Part shown: positions 16,894 through 26,739 of the stretch, one piece after another
Position numbering within the stretch: position 1 is the stretch's first letter
Layout of the letters: every line of letters begins with the position of its first letter
From: a virus
Taxonomy: Duplodnaviria > Caudoviricetes
Direction: 5' to 3' (one strand)
Virus record (IMG/VR): IMGVR_UViG_3300046061_000046
Location: 1 to 49,012 of that record
DNA length: 49,012 nt
Position numbers and translations under genes: made by a program
The notes under the pieces: generated by a model
Database searches by the model: none
The model's input: only the letters and a program-made list of their open reading frames with translations
What the model was told of the DNA's origin: nothing

Positions 16894-19077
16894 TCAGCTC
16901 CGTGACGCCAGTGCATCCAGCCGCGTTCGGATGTCGGCGATCGTCTCGCCGACGGTCTTCCGGGATCCGAGCCGGAGCACCGTCTGCTCGGGCGTGTTCT
17001 CCACGTCCCGCACTTCTAGGTGCTCGTCGAATGGAAGCTCGTCGAACGCGACGGCCTCGATGACCGACCAGCCCGCCTTGTCCGACGGGATCGTCACGAT
17101 CCCTTCCTTGAGCGGGTCGTCCAGCTGGCCACCAAGCAGCCGAGCGACCTGTCCACACGCCCGGGGCGTCGGGAGTTGCGGGAACTCCGGCTTGATGGTC
17201 CGTGCCGTCGCCGGCGCGTTCGAGAGCGTGTACGTATCGGTCGGCTGGTGCGCGTAGTCGACCTTGTAGGTCTGGCCGTCGGTCATGTCGCCGTTCGAGA
17301 GCACCTTGATACGGCCGTCCAGCCCGTCGAGTTGGTAGTCGGTCTTCTCGACGAACTGCTCGCCCGTGTTCGGGTCGTAGACCGCCTCCTTGCCCTTCTG
17401 GACATAATCGTTGTCGAGGTCAACCCACGTGTTGTGGTCCGCGGTGAACTCCTCGCCACGCACGCGCTGGCCCGAGCCTTTGACGGTGACCTCGCCGACG
17501 ATCTCGGCGACCGTCTCGGTGGACTCGAAGCTCGTGATGGGCTCTTGCCGGTCGGTGGTCCGCTGCTTCGGCTCGGCCCACTCGACGCTCCAAGTGCCGT
17601 CGGCGTGGATCCGGACCTCCCACAACGAGTCGGTTAGGTCCTCTGCGATGGCAGTGAGGACGTCCCTCGCCGGCTCGTCGAACTTCTGGTCGACGACCAG
17701 CGGCGTGTCGTCGAGGTCCGCCTTCAGTACGCTCGCGTCGATCTGCGGCGTCTTGAAGCCCTGCGTCGGCGTCGCGTCTGTCCGACTGCCGTACCCTTTG
17801 AGCGTCAGCTGCAGTTTCAGACTCGGACCCGTGTCGGCGAAGTCGTCCTCGAAGGTGTCGACGCCGCTCCCGCTGCGCAGGTAGTTCTGCCCGCGGTCGT
17901 TGGAGAGTGCGATCTCCTGAACGCCGCTGACGTCGTCGACGGTCAGTTCAGCACGGCCGCCGACGACCGACCGAACCTGAGATACCGCTTCGAAGTCCCG
18001 CGTGGGCAGTTGCTTCCCCCCGTTCCCGGTCGCGTACTCGGTCGGAGAATCCAAGTAGCCACTCGAGTCCGAGACATCGTTATCAAAGTTGCCGGAGTCG
18101 TGGTACCGCCGGTCGTAGACGGCGATGAGGTCTACCCAGCAGCTTGCGTTCTGCGGGTTGCTCTCACACTCAATACGGACAGTCACCGAATCCCGGTCAG
18201 CATTGGGAGCGTCAGCAGTATCCCAGCCGTACGAATCCGACGAGGTCTGACCGTTGTCAGCCCAGCCGCCACGGTGCTCGCCATCGATATAGTACCGTAT
18301 TTCAGGCGTCTCGTAGTTTCCGTCGTTGTCGGGATCGTCCGGGAACCGGATCCGGAACGCAGCTTCCATCTCGCCGCTGGGTACCGTATAGCTCGGATTC
18401 CAGTCCATCTCGACGTAGTCACCGGACGTGTCCAAGTTGACTGCGTCGTCATCCGAGGAGTTACTGTCGCTGATCAGATTCGAGACGGACTTATCACCGA
18501 TAGCGTTGGTTTCCCGAACACGACACGTCTTCGAGAGTCGGAGGCCTTCCCCATCGCCGTTTGAGAGATCACTGGCAGCGATGACGGGGCTGTACGGCTC
18601 GGCCTTCTCGAAGAAGCCCTGAAAGTCGGCCTGAGTGTCCGCCGAGTGCAACTGGACGTTCTCCTCGATCGTCGAGGGCGGCGCATCTACGTTCGCCTGG
18701 TAGGATGTCGCCGTCTGGATGACGTCTTCGGCGACGAGGTGAGCCTCTTTGGCATCGATCTTGTTCCTGTAGATGTTTTCGAGTTCCGTCCCGCCGCGGC
18801 CCTTCAGGACCTGCGTCGCACCTTCGGTCTCCTCAATGTCCTCTAACTCGTCGATGGGCTGGCGTTGTGCGTTGTACCAGACCCGGATCGGGATCGTGTT
18901 GTTCTTGAGGTCCAACCCCTGCCACATCTGCCGCTTCCGAACCGGGATCGACAGCCGTGGATAGCCGTTGACAGCAGGGTTCCGCGAGGGGCTACCCGCG
19001 ACCTCGGGCTGCACGGTTTCCCCGCTTGGGAGATCTACCTCGACGTACCAGCCCTTCGCTGGCGGACTGATGTCCAT
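16894..19077 (-). CDS. Large tail tip / hub protein
   Basis: 727 aa, beta-rich, C-terminal short coiled coil, third gene after tape measure. Confidence 0.7.
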   Translation of the reverse strand: MDISPPAKGWYVEVDLPSGETVQPEVAGSPSRNPAVNGYPRLSIPVRKRQMWQGLDLKNNTIPIRVWYNAQRQPIDELEDIEETEGATQVLKGRGGTELENIYRNKIDAKEAHLVAEDVIQTATSYQANVDAPPSTIEENVQLHSADTQADFQGFFEKAEPYSPVIAASDLSNGDGEGLRLSKTCRVRETNAIGDKSVSNLISDSNSSDDDAVNLDTSGDYVEMDWNPSYTVPSGEMEAAFRIRFPDDPDNDGNYETPEIRYYIDGEHRGGWADNGQTSSDSYGWDTADAPNADRDSVTVRIECESNPQNASCWVDLIAVYDRRYHDSGNFDNDVSDSSGYLDSPTEYATGNGGKQLPTRDFEAVSQVRSVVGGRAELTVDDVSGVQEIALSNDRGQNYLRSGSGVDTFEDDFADTGPSLKLQLTLKGYGSRTDATPTQGFKTPQIDASVLKADLDDTPLVVDQKFDEPARDVLTAIAEDLTDSLWEVRIHADGTWSVEWAEPKQRTTDRQEPITSFESTETVAEIVGEVTVKGSGQRVRGEEFTADHNTWVDLDNDYVQKGKEAVYDPNTGEQFVEKTDYQLDGLDGRIKVLSNGDMTDGQTYKVDYAHQPTDTYTLSNAPATARTIKPEFPQLPTPRACGQVARLLGGQLDDPLKEGIVTIPSDKAGWSVIEAVAFDELPFDEHLEVRDVENTPEQTVLRLGSRKTVGETIADIRTRLDALASRS

Positions 19078-19078
19078 A

Positions 19079-20293
19079 TCAGCAGTTCACCTCCGTCCGC
19101 CTGATGATGTCCATAGCCGCCGCAGGATCCTCCTGGCTGCCGTGAGCGATGGGGTCAAGCCGGTCCTTCAGCCCTTGCGGGACCGCGCCCTCGTTGTCGG
19201 GGTTCAGCCAGAGCACGTCGTCGTAGCCCCGCTTCGCGCTCATGTTCAGGTTCTGTGTGGTCAGTGACGCTGCCGAGGTGTCTTCGAACTCGACCTGTGC
19301 GTCGACGCGGCACTGACTGACTGTCAGAAGGTCCAAGTCCCACAGCCGCCACGACGAGTTTCCGAGCGCCACGATCTCGTAGACGCTGTCGTCGGGCTCC
19401 CAGCGGTAGGCTTGAAGTTGCTGGTTGGCCTCATCGAACTCCAGACGGAGCCGGTCCGTCTCGACCACGGCGAGGTCGTTCTCGAAGTCGTGCTTCGTCA
19501 CGAATACCTGCTGCCACTGTAGTGGCGTGCGACTCTGCCCGACGGTAGCGGTGTCCCCAACGGTCGCGCTGCCGACCTGCGCGCCGTCCCCATCTTCCTC
19601 GTAGTACTTCTCGCGGCCGCGGCGGTCCCAGACCCGAGCATCCGTCCGCCACTCGTGGTGATAGTCCAGGCGGAAAATGAGCGACGGCGAGTCAAAGGAC
19701 GGTTTGGTCGCGTCGTAGATGTTGATCTCGCCGTGTTCGCCTTCGACCGTCCGCTGGACCGTGGCCGACTCAGTGTTGTTCGTGTCGCCGACCACGTCGA
19801 ACCAGCGGACCTTGCGGGCCCGGGCAGAGAGGCCAATCTCCGCGGTCGAAGCGCTGCCGAGCGGGTTGTCTTCCGTCGTCGGGAACGTCCGGACAGCACG
19901 CCAGTACGACGCGATGTCGCCGGCGTGGGTCAACTGCAGCCTGCGAGGCCGTTGGATCCGTCGTTCCCGAGCGTCGCGGGGTTCGATCCGGCCGTCCGCA
20001 GGTTCGTAGTAGCCGGCGTCGGGCACGCGCACGCCACTCTTGCCCGCGAGCGGGACGGGGGAGTACGCCTCGCTGGCGAACAGTTCCCGAAGTTCGTCTG
20101 CGGTGACGTCCACGAGTTCGCCGAACATCTCGCCCGACAGCGTTAGGTCTTCACTGTTCGGGGCGATGCCTTCGACCTCGGCAACGTCGCTCTGGAGGAC
20201 GGTTTCCGAGGCGATCCGGCGCGAAGTCTGCGGGTTCCGGCCCTGTAGCAGTGCCTCGGGGAGGGTGATACGGTAGAGGCGGCGGTCAGGCAT
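19079..20293 (-). CDS. Minor tail protein
   Basis: Position in tail operon, 404 aa. Confidence 0.65.
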   Translation of the reverse strand: MPDRRLYRITLPEALLQGRNPQTSRRIASETVLQSDVAEVEGIAPNSEDLTLSGEMFGELVDVTADELRELFASEAYSPVPLAGKSGVRVPDAGYYEPADGRIEPRDARERRIQRPRRLQLTHAGDIASYWRAVRTFPTTEDNPLGSASTAEIGLSARARKVRWFDVVGDTNNTESATVQRTVEGEHGEINIYDATKPSFDSPSLIFRLDYHHEWRTDARVWDRRGREKYYEEDGDGAQVGSATVGDTATVGQSRTPLQWQQVFVTKHDFENDLAVVETDRLRLEFDEANQQLQAYRWEPDDSVYEIVALGNSSWRLWDLDLLTVSQCRVDAQVEFEDTSAASLTTQNLNMSAKRGYDDVLWLNPDNEGAVPQGLKDRLDPIAHGSQEDPAAAMDIIRRTEVNC

Positions 20294-20295
20294 GG

Positions 20296-20898
20296 CTATC
20301 GATCACCGCGGAGGGCGCTGTGGCCGAGGTCGCTGATGTCCTGCGTGGCGACGAGGAAGATCGTCCCGTTGAGGAAGCCGTCCTCTTCAGCCCGACAGGT
20401 CAGCTGTGGCTGCTGTTCGAAGACGACGTCGATCGGCTCGAACAGTCCCTCGTCCGACCACTCGCCGTACTCGAAGACAGCCTCGTCGCCGCCGCGACTG
20501 TCGAACTCGCCCACGGTCAGGTACTTCATGAACACGTTCGACTGCGTGAGCGGGTCTGCGCCGGTCGCGTTCTCGACACTCGGAGAGGAATACGACGGGT
20601 CGCCCCAGGTGACGTCCTGGTTGTTCGCGTCCTTCGCGTCCTCCCAGCCGCGGAAGTCGATCTGAAAGCCGTGGACGCCGCCCCCGAGGTCGAGGTGGAC
20701 GCCGCGGCGCTGTGACTCGCCACCGGTCGCTTCCTGCAGGATCGAGTTGACTGTCGAGCCGCGGCCGCCGACGATGTACCCAGTCCGGACGAACTCCGTG
20801 ACGTCCGGGTCGCCGTACATCCGGAAGATGCCTTCTTCTCGGGAGCCGTCTCCGTTGCAATCACAACGCAAGGTTAAACGTGCTTCTTGGAGTGTCAT
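20296..20898 (-). CDS. Minor / distal tail protein
   Basis: Directly after tape measure, TGATG coupling. Confidence 0.65.
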   Translation of the reverse strand: MTLQEARLTLRCDCNGDGSREEGIFRMYGDPDVTEFVRTGYIVGGRGSTVNSILQEATGGESQRRGVHLDLGGGVHGFQIDFRGWEDAKDANNQDVTWGDPSYSSPSVENATGADPLTQSNVFMKYLTVGEFDSRGGDEAVFEYGEWSDEGLFEPIDVVFEQQPQLTCRAEEDGFLNGTIFLVATQDISDLGHSALRGDR

Positions 20899-22466
20899 CA
20901 GTAGCTCTCCATCTCTTGCTGGATCTGCTGTTCAACGCGGCGCTCAACCTCGCGTTCGAGCTGGTCGATGCCGTCGCGGAAGGCCGTCCGCAGCGAGTCC
21001 GGCTGCAGCGAGACGGAGACCTCGTTGACCTGGACCTGCGCTTCGACCCGAGTGGGCTGGTCGGGCGTGTTGCTGGTTCGGGAACCTGACTCAACCTGGA
21101 ACGGGTTGCGCTGCCGCCGACCGCGAGTGTCGCCCCCTGCCGCGCGAGCACCCTGAGCCGCTGCGCCCTGGATGGTGCTCTGGAGCGCACTCAGTGGCAT
21201 CACGGCCTCGTCCTCACGGCCCTCGCCGAGCAGCTGCCGCGTCGGGCCCGTCACGACACCGCCGGCGGCCATCCCGTTTTCGTCACTACCTTCGCCGGTC
21301 ACGCCAGGAAGGTTGTTGAGCCAGTCCGGCCGCTTGACCTGGATTTTCGGCAGGTCTTCGGGCCCCGGGAGGTTCCAGTCTTCCGGGACGATCGCCGACG
21401 GGTCGGGGAGATCCCAGTTGTCTGGGACGAGAGCGCCGGGAGAGGGCAGGTTCCACTCATCAGGGACGAAGTCGCCCGGCTGTGGAAGGTTCCAGTCCTC
21501 CGGGACCAAGTCACCTGGCGACGGGAGGGCCCAGTCCTCCGGCACAAGCACCGACGGGTCAGGGAGGGCCCAGTCCTCCGGCACAAGCACCGACGGGTCA
21601 GGGAGGCTCCAGTCTTCCGGGACAAGCGAACTCGGAGAGGGAAGGCCCCAGTCGTTGGGGATGAGCGACTGCGGCGACGGCAGACTCCAGTTGTCTGGGA
21701 CGAGATCACCGGGCGAGGGGAGGCTCCAGTTGTCCGGGACGAGGTCGCCTGGTGCGGGGAGGTTCCAGTCGTCGGGGACCAGATCACTGGCCGATGGGAG
21801 GCTCGGCCAGTCGAAGTTCTGGAGGTCCTCGATGGTCTGCTGCCAGGCGTCGATCTGGAATCCCGGGCCCATGATCCCCGACATCTTCGTGAGGCGCGTG
21901 GCGCCCTCGACGGCGTCGCCGCCAGCTCCGGGCATCTTCTCGTTAAGGGCTTGGCGCTGCTTGTCCCCTGTCAGCCCGCCGAGCGCCTGAAACAGCCCAC
22001 CGGCTCCGATCATGCCGGCCATGCCCATCCCGCCACCGCCAGCAGCGAGACGAGCGAGGCCGAGGCCGCCGAGAAGGCCGCCGCCCCCTCCACCACCGCC
22101 GGCACCACCGCCCTGCTGCAGCGCCGTGTGGATGTCCTCCAGCTTGTCGAGTTGCTCTTCCTCGATCTTGAGCAGGGCCCCCGCACCGGTCGATTTGGCT
22201 GTCCCGCTCGCCGCGTCTCGATTACGGCCGGCTGTCGTCGCCCCGCCGCCGTCCCCGTCGCGCGCGATAGCGTCGACAGCGGTCCCGAGCAGACCCCCGC
22301 CAGGGATCGCCTGTTCGAGTTTGCGCTGTATCTGACGCGTGTCGATGTTCGCGGTGAGGTTGGCCACGTCCTCGAACTCTCGCTCCATCTTCGAGGCCTG
22401 GCGGTCCAGTTCCTGGTCGTCCACCTCGGGGCGGACGATCCCCACCAGTTCTGCGCGTCTGGCCAT
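20898..22466 (-). CDS. Tape measure protein with Pro/Trp repeats
   Basis: Follows tail chaperone; Gly-rich segment; MAAGGVVTGPT..LLGE...EAVMPL motif common in TMP C-termini. Confidence 0.78.
   Translation of the reverse strand: MARRAELVGIVRPEVDDQELDRQASKMEREFEDVANLTANIDTRQIQRKLEQAIPGGGLLGTAVDAIARDGDGGGATTAGRNRDAASGTAKSTGAGALLKIEEEQLDKLEDIHTALQQGGGAGGGGGGGGLLGGLGLARLAAGGGGMGMAGMIGAGGLFQALGGLTGDKQRQALNEKMPGAGGDAVEGATRLTKMSGIMGPGFQIDAWQQTIEDLQNFDWPSLPSASDLVPDDWNLPAPGDLVPDNWSLPSPGDLVPDNWSLPSPQSLIPNDWGLPSPSSLVPEDWSLPDPSVLVPEDWALPDPSVLVPEDWALPSPGDLVPEDWNLPQPGDFVPDEWNLPSPGALVPDNWDLPDPSAIVPEDWNLPGPEDLPKIQVKRPDWLNNLPGVTGEGSDENGMAAGGVVTGPTRQLLGEGREDEAVMPLSALQSTIQGAAAQGARAAGGDTRGRRQRNPFQVESGSRTSNTPDQPTRVEAQVQVNEVSVSLQPDSLRTAFRDGIDQLEREVERRVEQQIQQEMESY
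21348..21809 (-). repeat. About 12 tandem 39-bp (13-aa) repeats WxLPxPxxLVPx[DEN]
   Basis: WNLPAPGDLVPDN, WSLPSPGDLVPDN, WSLPDPSVLVPED, WALPDPSVLVPED and others. Confidence 0.95.
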
Positions 22467-22472
22467 CAGGAA

Positions 22473-22632
22473 TCACTCCAGTTGCTGTTGTATCTCATCG
22501 TCGAGTAGGTCGGCGAAGTCAAGGAGCACGAGGGCGTCCTCGACGTACAGTGAGTCCGGGGAGAGGCCGTGGCTGAGGATAGCCTGCATGACCTGGCGGC
22601 GAATACCCTCATCGGCGACCAGCCTCAAAAAT
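22473..22632 (-). CDS. Tail assembly chaperone -1 frameshift extension (gpGT-like)
   Basis: -1 frame open from GAT TTT T: LRLVADEGIRRQVMQAILSHGLSPDSLYVEDALVLLDFADLLDDEIQQQLE. Confidence 0.7.
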
Positions 22633-23227
22633 CGGAGAGTTCGACCTCGCCGTACGTGTTAAAGTTGTCGACCCGGTTGTTCAGCCACTCGAACGTCGGC
22701 TGCTCGAACGCGAGCGTGTTCAGCCGCCCGTCCGACGTCGTCGGCGCGTCCGGCGGCGCTTTCTCGACGCAGACCTGCACTTTGTGGTGCTCCTGCATCT
22801 GGATCTGCGACCGCGGGTCCGTCCCGTTCTTCATCGATCCGTCGGCGAGCATGTCGGTCGCCCGGGCGGCCTCGCCGGCGCGGGCCTTCTTGATGACGAA
22901 CTCCGACCCGCCGAAGCGCTCGATCTCCGCCTCGACGAGCTCGGCAGCGTGCTTGGCCGCCCTGATAGGGTGGTCGACGCCCGCCCACTCTGCCGGCGGC
23001 CACTCGACCTCTTCGTCATCGTCCCCACTCTCTTCGTCATCATCCCCACTCTCTTCGTCATCACCTTCGACGCGCTCTTTCAGCTCCCGGAGGCGTTCGA
23101 CTTCCTCGCGGTAGTCGTCGACGAGGTCCTGCAGGTCGACCGTTGCCGTGTCCCCACCAGTACTGACGTCCTGTGTGGCGTCGCTGTCGGTACTCCCGGT
23201 ATCGGTGTCAGTTGTCTCGTTAGGCAT
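22625..23227 (-). CDS. Tail assembly chaperone (gpG-like)
   Basis: Between tail tube and tape measure; ends GAT TTT TGA. Confidence 0.75.
   Translation of the reverse strand: MPNETTDTDTGSTDSDATQDVSTGGDTATVDLQDLVDDYREEVERLRELKERVEGDDEESGDDDEESGDDDEEVEWPPAEWAGVDHPIRAAKHAAELVEAEIERFGGSEFVIKKARAGEAARATDMLADGSMKNGTDPRSQIQMQEHHKVQVCVEKAPPDAPTTSDGRLNTLAFEQPTFEWLNNRVDNFNTYGEVELSDF
23009..23064 (-). repeat. 21-bp tandem repeat encoding (S)GDDDEE
   Basis: CTCTTCGTCATCRTCCCCACT, about 2.5 copies. Confidence 0.8.
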
Positions 23228-23242
23228 GAAAACCAGTGCTCG

Positions 23243-24244
23243 TCAGGGCGGCGACTGCGTCTCGTTCGTGACCGACGCGGCGGCGTCCGTCGAAGGGCGG
23301 TTCAGACTCTCGGCCAGCGCCGTGTTCGCGTCGCCGACGCCCTCCTCGCCGTAGGAGTTGGGCAGCGTCGACGTCAGCGAGTAGACGTGCTTGTTGATGC
23401 CCGAGCCAGCGGACACGCCGTTGTCGAACGACAGTTCGGCGCTGACGGAGTTGTCCATACTCTCCTGGACGACCGTGGCGCTCGCGCCGCCGTAGACATC
23501 CTGAAGAGTGTCGGCATCCTGCTTGATCTTCGAGTGGTCCAGCGACGGCGTGAACAGCCCGAGGAGAAAGTCCACGCCGACCCGCGAGCCGAACGCGCGG
23601 ATGACCTCGGCGGTCTCCCACGCGAGTTCGAGCGTCGCGTCCTGGACGAGTGCTTCCGTGGAGCCGTCGCGCTTGAGCGCTGCATCACCGTAGTCGAGGA
23701 CGTCGTCGTCGATGCCGTCCTGACTAGTGAGCGTAACGCCCGTGTTCGTCTCCTCGGTCGCGTAGAAGCCCTCCATCGTGACGCGCGTCTCGCCATCCTC
23801 GGTGACGGAGGGCTCGATGGCGACGCGCCCGGTGACACAGCCCTGCAGTTCGCGCTCGGCCTTCGTGCTCGTCTCGTACCCTTCGAAGATCTGGAACGAC
23901 CGGGCGTCACCGTTCGCCAGCGAGTAGTCGTGCGTGTACGACCCATCGGCGTTGTCCGTGGTCGACGGCGAGCCGTAGATGGACTCCAGCCACCAGGGGT
24001 TCGTCAGCCCGAAGGAGAGGCTCCACGCGCCGTCGAAGTTGCTCTCCTTGAGCGCGACAGCGACCTCCTTGCTGAAGTTCGTGATGCGGACGATGTTATT
24101 CGTCGCCTCCGCCGTCTCCAGCGTCCCTGAGGAGCCCGGAACGAACGGGCTGCGCGTCCCGTCGAGCGTGAGGTAGTTGCCCGCCTCCTCGTACTGCATG
24201 TTGACGCGGACCTCAGAGCCATCCAGGACTCCAGCGCCCGACAT
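23243..24244 (-). CDS. Major tail tube protein
   Basis: 333 aa, beta-rich, YTHDY..SFQIFEG..L.GC pattern; no sheath gene nearby. Confidence 0.8.
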   Translation of the reverse strand: MSGAGVLDGSEVRVNMQYEEAGNYLTLDGTRSPFVPGSSGTLETAEATNNIVRITNFSKEVAVALKESNFDGAWSLSFGLTNPWWLESIYGSPSTTDNADGSYTHDYSLANGDARSFQIFEGYETSTKAERELQGCVTGRVAIEPSVTEDGETRVTMEGFYATEETNTGVTLTSQDGIDDDVLDYGDAALKRDGSTEALVQDATLELAWETAEVIRAFGSRVGVDFLLGLFTPSLDHSKIKQDADTLQDVYGGASATVVQESMDNSVSAELSFDNGVSAGSGINKHVYSLTSTLPNSYGEEGVGDANTALAESLNRPSTDAAASVTNETQSPP

Positions 24245-24480
24245 CAGGCCTCACCTCCGTTGGTTGGTTCAGTACTGTCCGGTTCGTCGTAGCCGTAGCG
24301 GTCAGGGTCGAAGTGTTCGCGCATGTTCCGTGTCAGGTGTGCTTGGTGACCGTCCAGCCAGGCTTCGACGTCCGCGAGCGACCGCGGGATCTCCAGCCCG
24401 GCCAGCTCCTGCAACTTGTCTCGATGCCGACGGACCCATGCCGGACGGTCCTTGTTCTGTTCGTAGGTGTCGAGGTTCAT
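24244..24480 (-). CDS. Hypothetical protein
   Basis: 78 aa, coupled on both sides. Confidence 0.7.
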   Translation of the reverse strand: MNLDTYEQNKDRPAWVRRHRDKLQELAGLEIPRSLADVEAWLDGHQAHLTRNMREHFDPDRYGYDEPDSTEPTNGGEA

Positions 24481-24827
24481 CTGTCAGCCTCCGTGGGTTC
24501 GGGATCGGTCTCCGGGGTGTACCCGCAGTTGATACAGTGCTCGCCGCCGAACCCAGCGACGAGCGGGCCACCGCACTCGGGACAGCCGCCGTCATCGGCC
24601 GCGTCGTCGGCAGACTGGTCGGCAGCCGCCTGGACGACCTCGTCGACGTCGTCGCCCTCGCCCACACTCGCGTCATCGTCAAGCCGGCCCTCGGCGGCCT
24701 TCCGGTACTGGTCGGCGATGATCGTCCACTGCTCCGCCTGCAGCTTGGCGACGGTCGTCGCGCCCTCGTACCAGATACGGCGCTGCTCCTCATCGTAGCC
24801 TGCTGGCGGGCCGGGAAGTTCGGGCAT
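24477..24827 (-). CDS. Zinc-ribbon protein
   Basis: CPECG...CINCG. Confidence 0.75.
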   Translation of the reverse strand: MPELPGPPAGYDEEQRRIWYEGATTVAKLQAEQWTIIADQYRKAAEGRLDDDASVGEGDDVDEVVQAAADQSADDAADDGGCPECGGPLVAGFGGEHCINCGYTPETDPEPTEADR

Positions 24828-24845
24828 GGTATGGACACGCGCCGC

Positions 24846-25355
24846 TCAGGGCGCAGGGTTGATGTTGTCCGCGTGCTGGACGAACGCGATATTGACGTCG
24901 GCACGATACACGTTCACGCCCTCGTTGGCGGACGTGTCTCGGATCGTGCTCGCAAGAACGAGGTCGAACTCGGCGAACCCCTTGCGGTGGTCCTCCAGGA
25001 TGCGCTTGGTTTCTCCGGTCAGGCCGACGTACCGGTCGGGTTCGCTCATCCCGGGCCGGCTCCCGAACATCCGCTCGCGGCCGTCGATGCGGGTGCCGTC
25101 GATCCGCCGGGTGGCGCTGCGTAACTCGACCGTCACGTCGGCTTCGATCTTCTGGTGGGTCCACCCGAATCCCCGGGGTTCGAACGTCATGTCGCCACCA
25201 TCGACGATCCGTGCGTAGTCCTGGGTCTTCAGGTCGGACTTCGAGACGCTCTGTTCGAGGACGATCTCCGGCTTGGGGACGTCCGTCGCTCGGCCGGTGA
25301 TGGTCTTCTCCCAGTTCTGGTCGAGCAGCGCTTCGGCAGCTTGGATGACCGTCAT
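24846..25355 (-). CDS. Tail terminator / completion protein
   Basis: Size and position upstream of tail tube. Confidence 0.65.
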   Translation of the reverse strand: MTVIQAAEALLDQNWEKTITGRATDVPKPEIVLEQSVSKSDLKTQDYARIVDGGDMTFEPRGFGWTHQKIEADVTVELRSATRRIDGTRIDGRERMFGSRPGMSEPDRYVGLTGETKRILEDHRKGFAEFDLVLASTIRDTSANEGVNVYRADVNIAFVQHADNINPAP

Positions 25356-25802
25356 CTACCGTCCCTCCAGCCAGCGTTCCGCGTCGATGAGCGCGCCGCG
25401 CAGGAAGCCCAGTGGCTCGATCCCTTCGACTTCGACCGACTCGAAGAACACGGTTGGGAACGTTTCCTCGAACATCTCCTGAACCTCGCGGGGCGCATCG
25501 GGCCACTCGAACGCCAGCGTCTCTCCGTCGGCGACGATCTCGTGCGTCTGGGTACCGTCCTCGAAAAAGTTCGACGCCGGGTGAGGGTACTCGACGACGG
25601 CCCCGCCTTCGCTCTCGACCCACTGCGGCGGCTGTGCCATCTGAGCAACACTCTCGACGTCGTAGCCGCGGTCGTCGCCGGCAGCGTAGAGGTTGTCCTG
25701 CGACCACGAGAAGACGCGGTTGGCCGCCTCCATCGCCTGGTCGCGGCTGATCTCTTCGGCGGCGACTTCCAGCGTCGTCGTGTCCTCGATCTCGAAGCCC
25801 AT
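25356..25802 (-). CDS. Neck protein (HK97 gp10-like)
   Basis: FEDGTQTHEI...L.F.W...V.V.GI.P..FL..A pattern; TAATG coupling. Confidence 0.72.
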   Translation of the reverse strand: MGFEIEDTTTLEVAAEEISRDQAMEAANRVFSWSQDNLYAAGDDRGYDVESVAQMAQPPQWVESEGGAVVEYPHPASNFFEDGTQTHEIVADGETLAFEWPDAPREVQEMFEETFPTVFFESVEVEGIEPLGFLRGALIDAERWLEGR

Positions 25803-26728
25803 TACTGGTACCCGTAGTTGTCGCTGTACTGCGCGACGGTCTGCTGCCACTCGGCCTCCCAGTCGTCGAGCTTGCGCTCGGGCTCGGGAGCCCGGCCGTT
25901 ATCGACGAGGACGTCCGTCCAGTCGTCGTAGCGGACGAGTTCCTGAGCGGCCTTCGCCGCGACCGCTTCTCGGACGTCCATCGGGCAGTAGTGGACGGTT
26001 GAACCGCTCGCGCGGTCGGCGTCACTGGTCGCCCGGACGCCGCGGGCCCGGACGGTGATCTCGTCGGCAGAGTGGTCCACGTCGGAGACGTCGATGTACT
26101 CACTGCCATCGACGAGCATCACGCCGCCCGTTGGCGGCAGTCGGCTCGCGTCGGCGACACTGACTGTGGTGGTCGCGCCCTGCGCGAGTTGCGCCGACAG
26201 CGTCGTCTGGCCGGCATGGGCGTAGTCCCCGCCAGCGCCGGTTCGGTACGAGAGCCGGATGAACCGGTCACGGTACCGGCGAAGCACCGGCATGTGCCCG
26301 CGACCAGGGAGCTCGTACACTGTGAGTGTTCCTTCGCGGTAGTCGGCCACCCAGGACGAGCCTTCCTCGTTGGTGATGTCCGTCCAGTTGTCTCGCCCGG
26401 TACGCCGCTCGATGAAGTCACCCTGCGAGGCGTCGAACGGCGCGACGTTCCGTTTATCGAGGTAGACGTGTACGGGAAAGCCACGCCCCTTCGCGCTCTT
26501 GTACACGGAGGCGTCTTGACTCCCGACCCGGACCGAACGCATCGGCCGCGCGTTTCGGTCCCACTTCGCCTCGACGCCTTCGACCCGCGAGGCGATCTTG
26601 TCGACGTCCTCGTGACCGATGAGCGCCGCCTCGGGGTCGTTCTGCCAGCCTTCAAGATTATCCTGCGTGATCTGCGGGTTGAAGCGTCTGATGACGTCGA
26701 TCGGGAGTGCGTAGTGCAGGCGAGACAT
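25802..26728 (-). CDS. Head-tail adaptor with inserted beta domain
   Basis: HYA..DV start, P.DVREAVA..AA end, internal TTLSA..VADAS..VDGSEYI..RG module. Confidence 0.7.
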   Translation of the reverse strand: MSRLHYALPIDVIRRFNPQITQDNLEGWQNDPEAALIGHEDVDKIASRVEGVEAKWDRNARPMRSVRVGSQDASVYKSAKGRGFPVHVYLDKRNVAPFDASQGDFIERRTGRDNWTDITNEEGSSWVADYREGTLTVYELPGRGHMPVLRRYRDRFIRLSYRTGAGGDYAHAGQTTLSAQLAQGATTTVSVADASRLPPTGGVMLVDGSEYIDVSDVDHSADEITVRARGVRATSDADRASGSTVHYCPMDVREAVAAKAAQELVRYDDWTDVLVDNGRAPEPERKLDDWEAEWQQTVAQYSDNYGYQ

Positions 26729-26739
26729 GGTTGGTCAGA

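Noticed and set aside
21348-21809. 39-bp repeats as a CRISPR array
   Set aside because: Contiguous, in-frame, degenerate at third positions, no spacers, no cas genes
23243-24244. Contractile tail sheath / myovirus
   Set aside because: Single tube-like gene, no sheath or baseplate wedge genes recognisable
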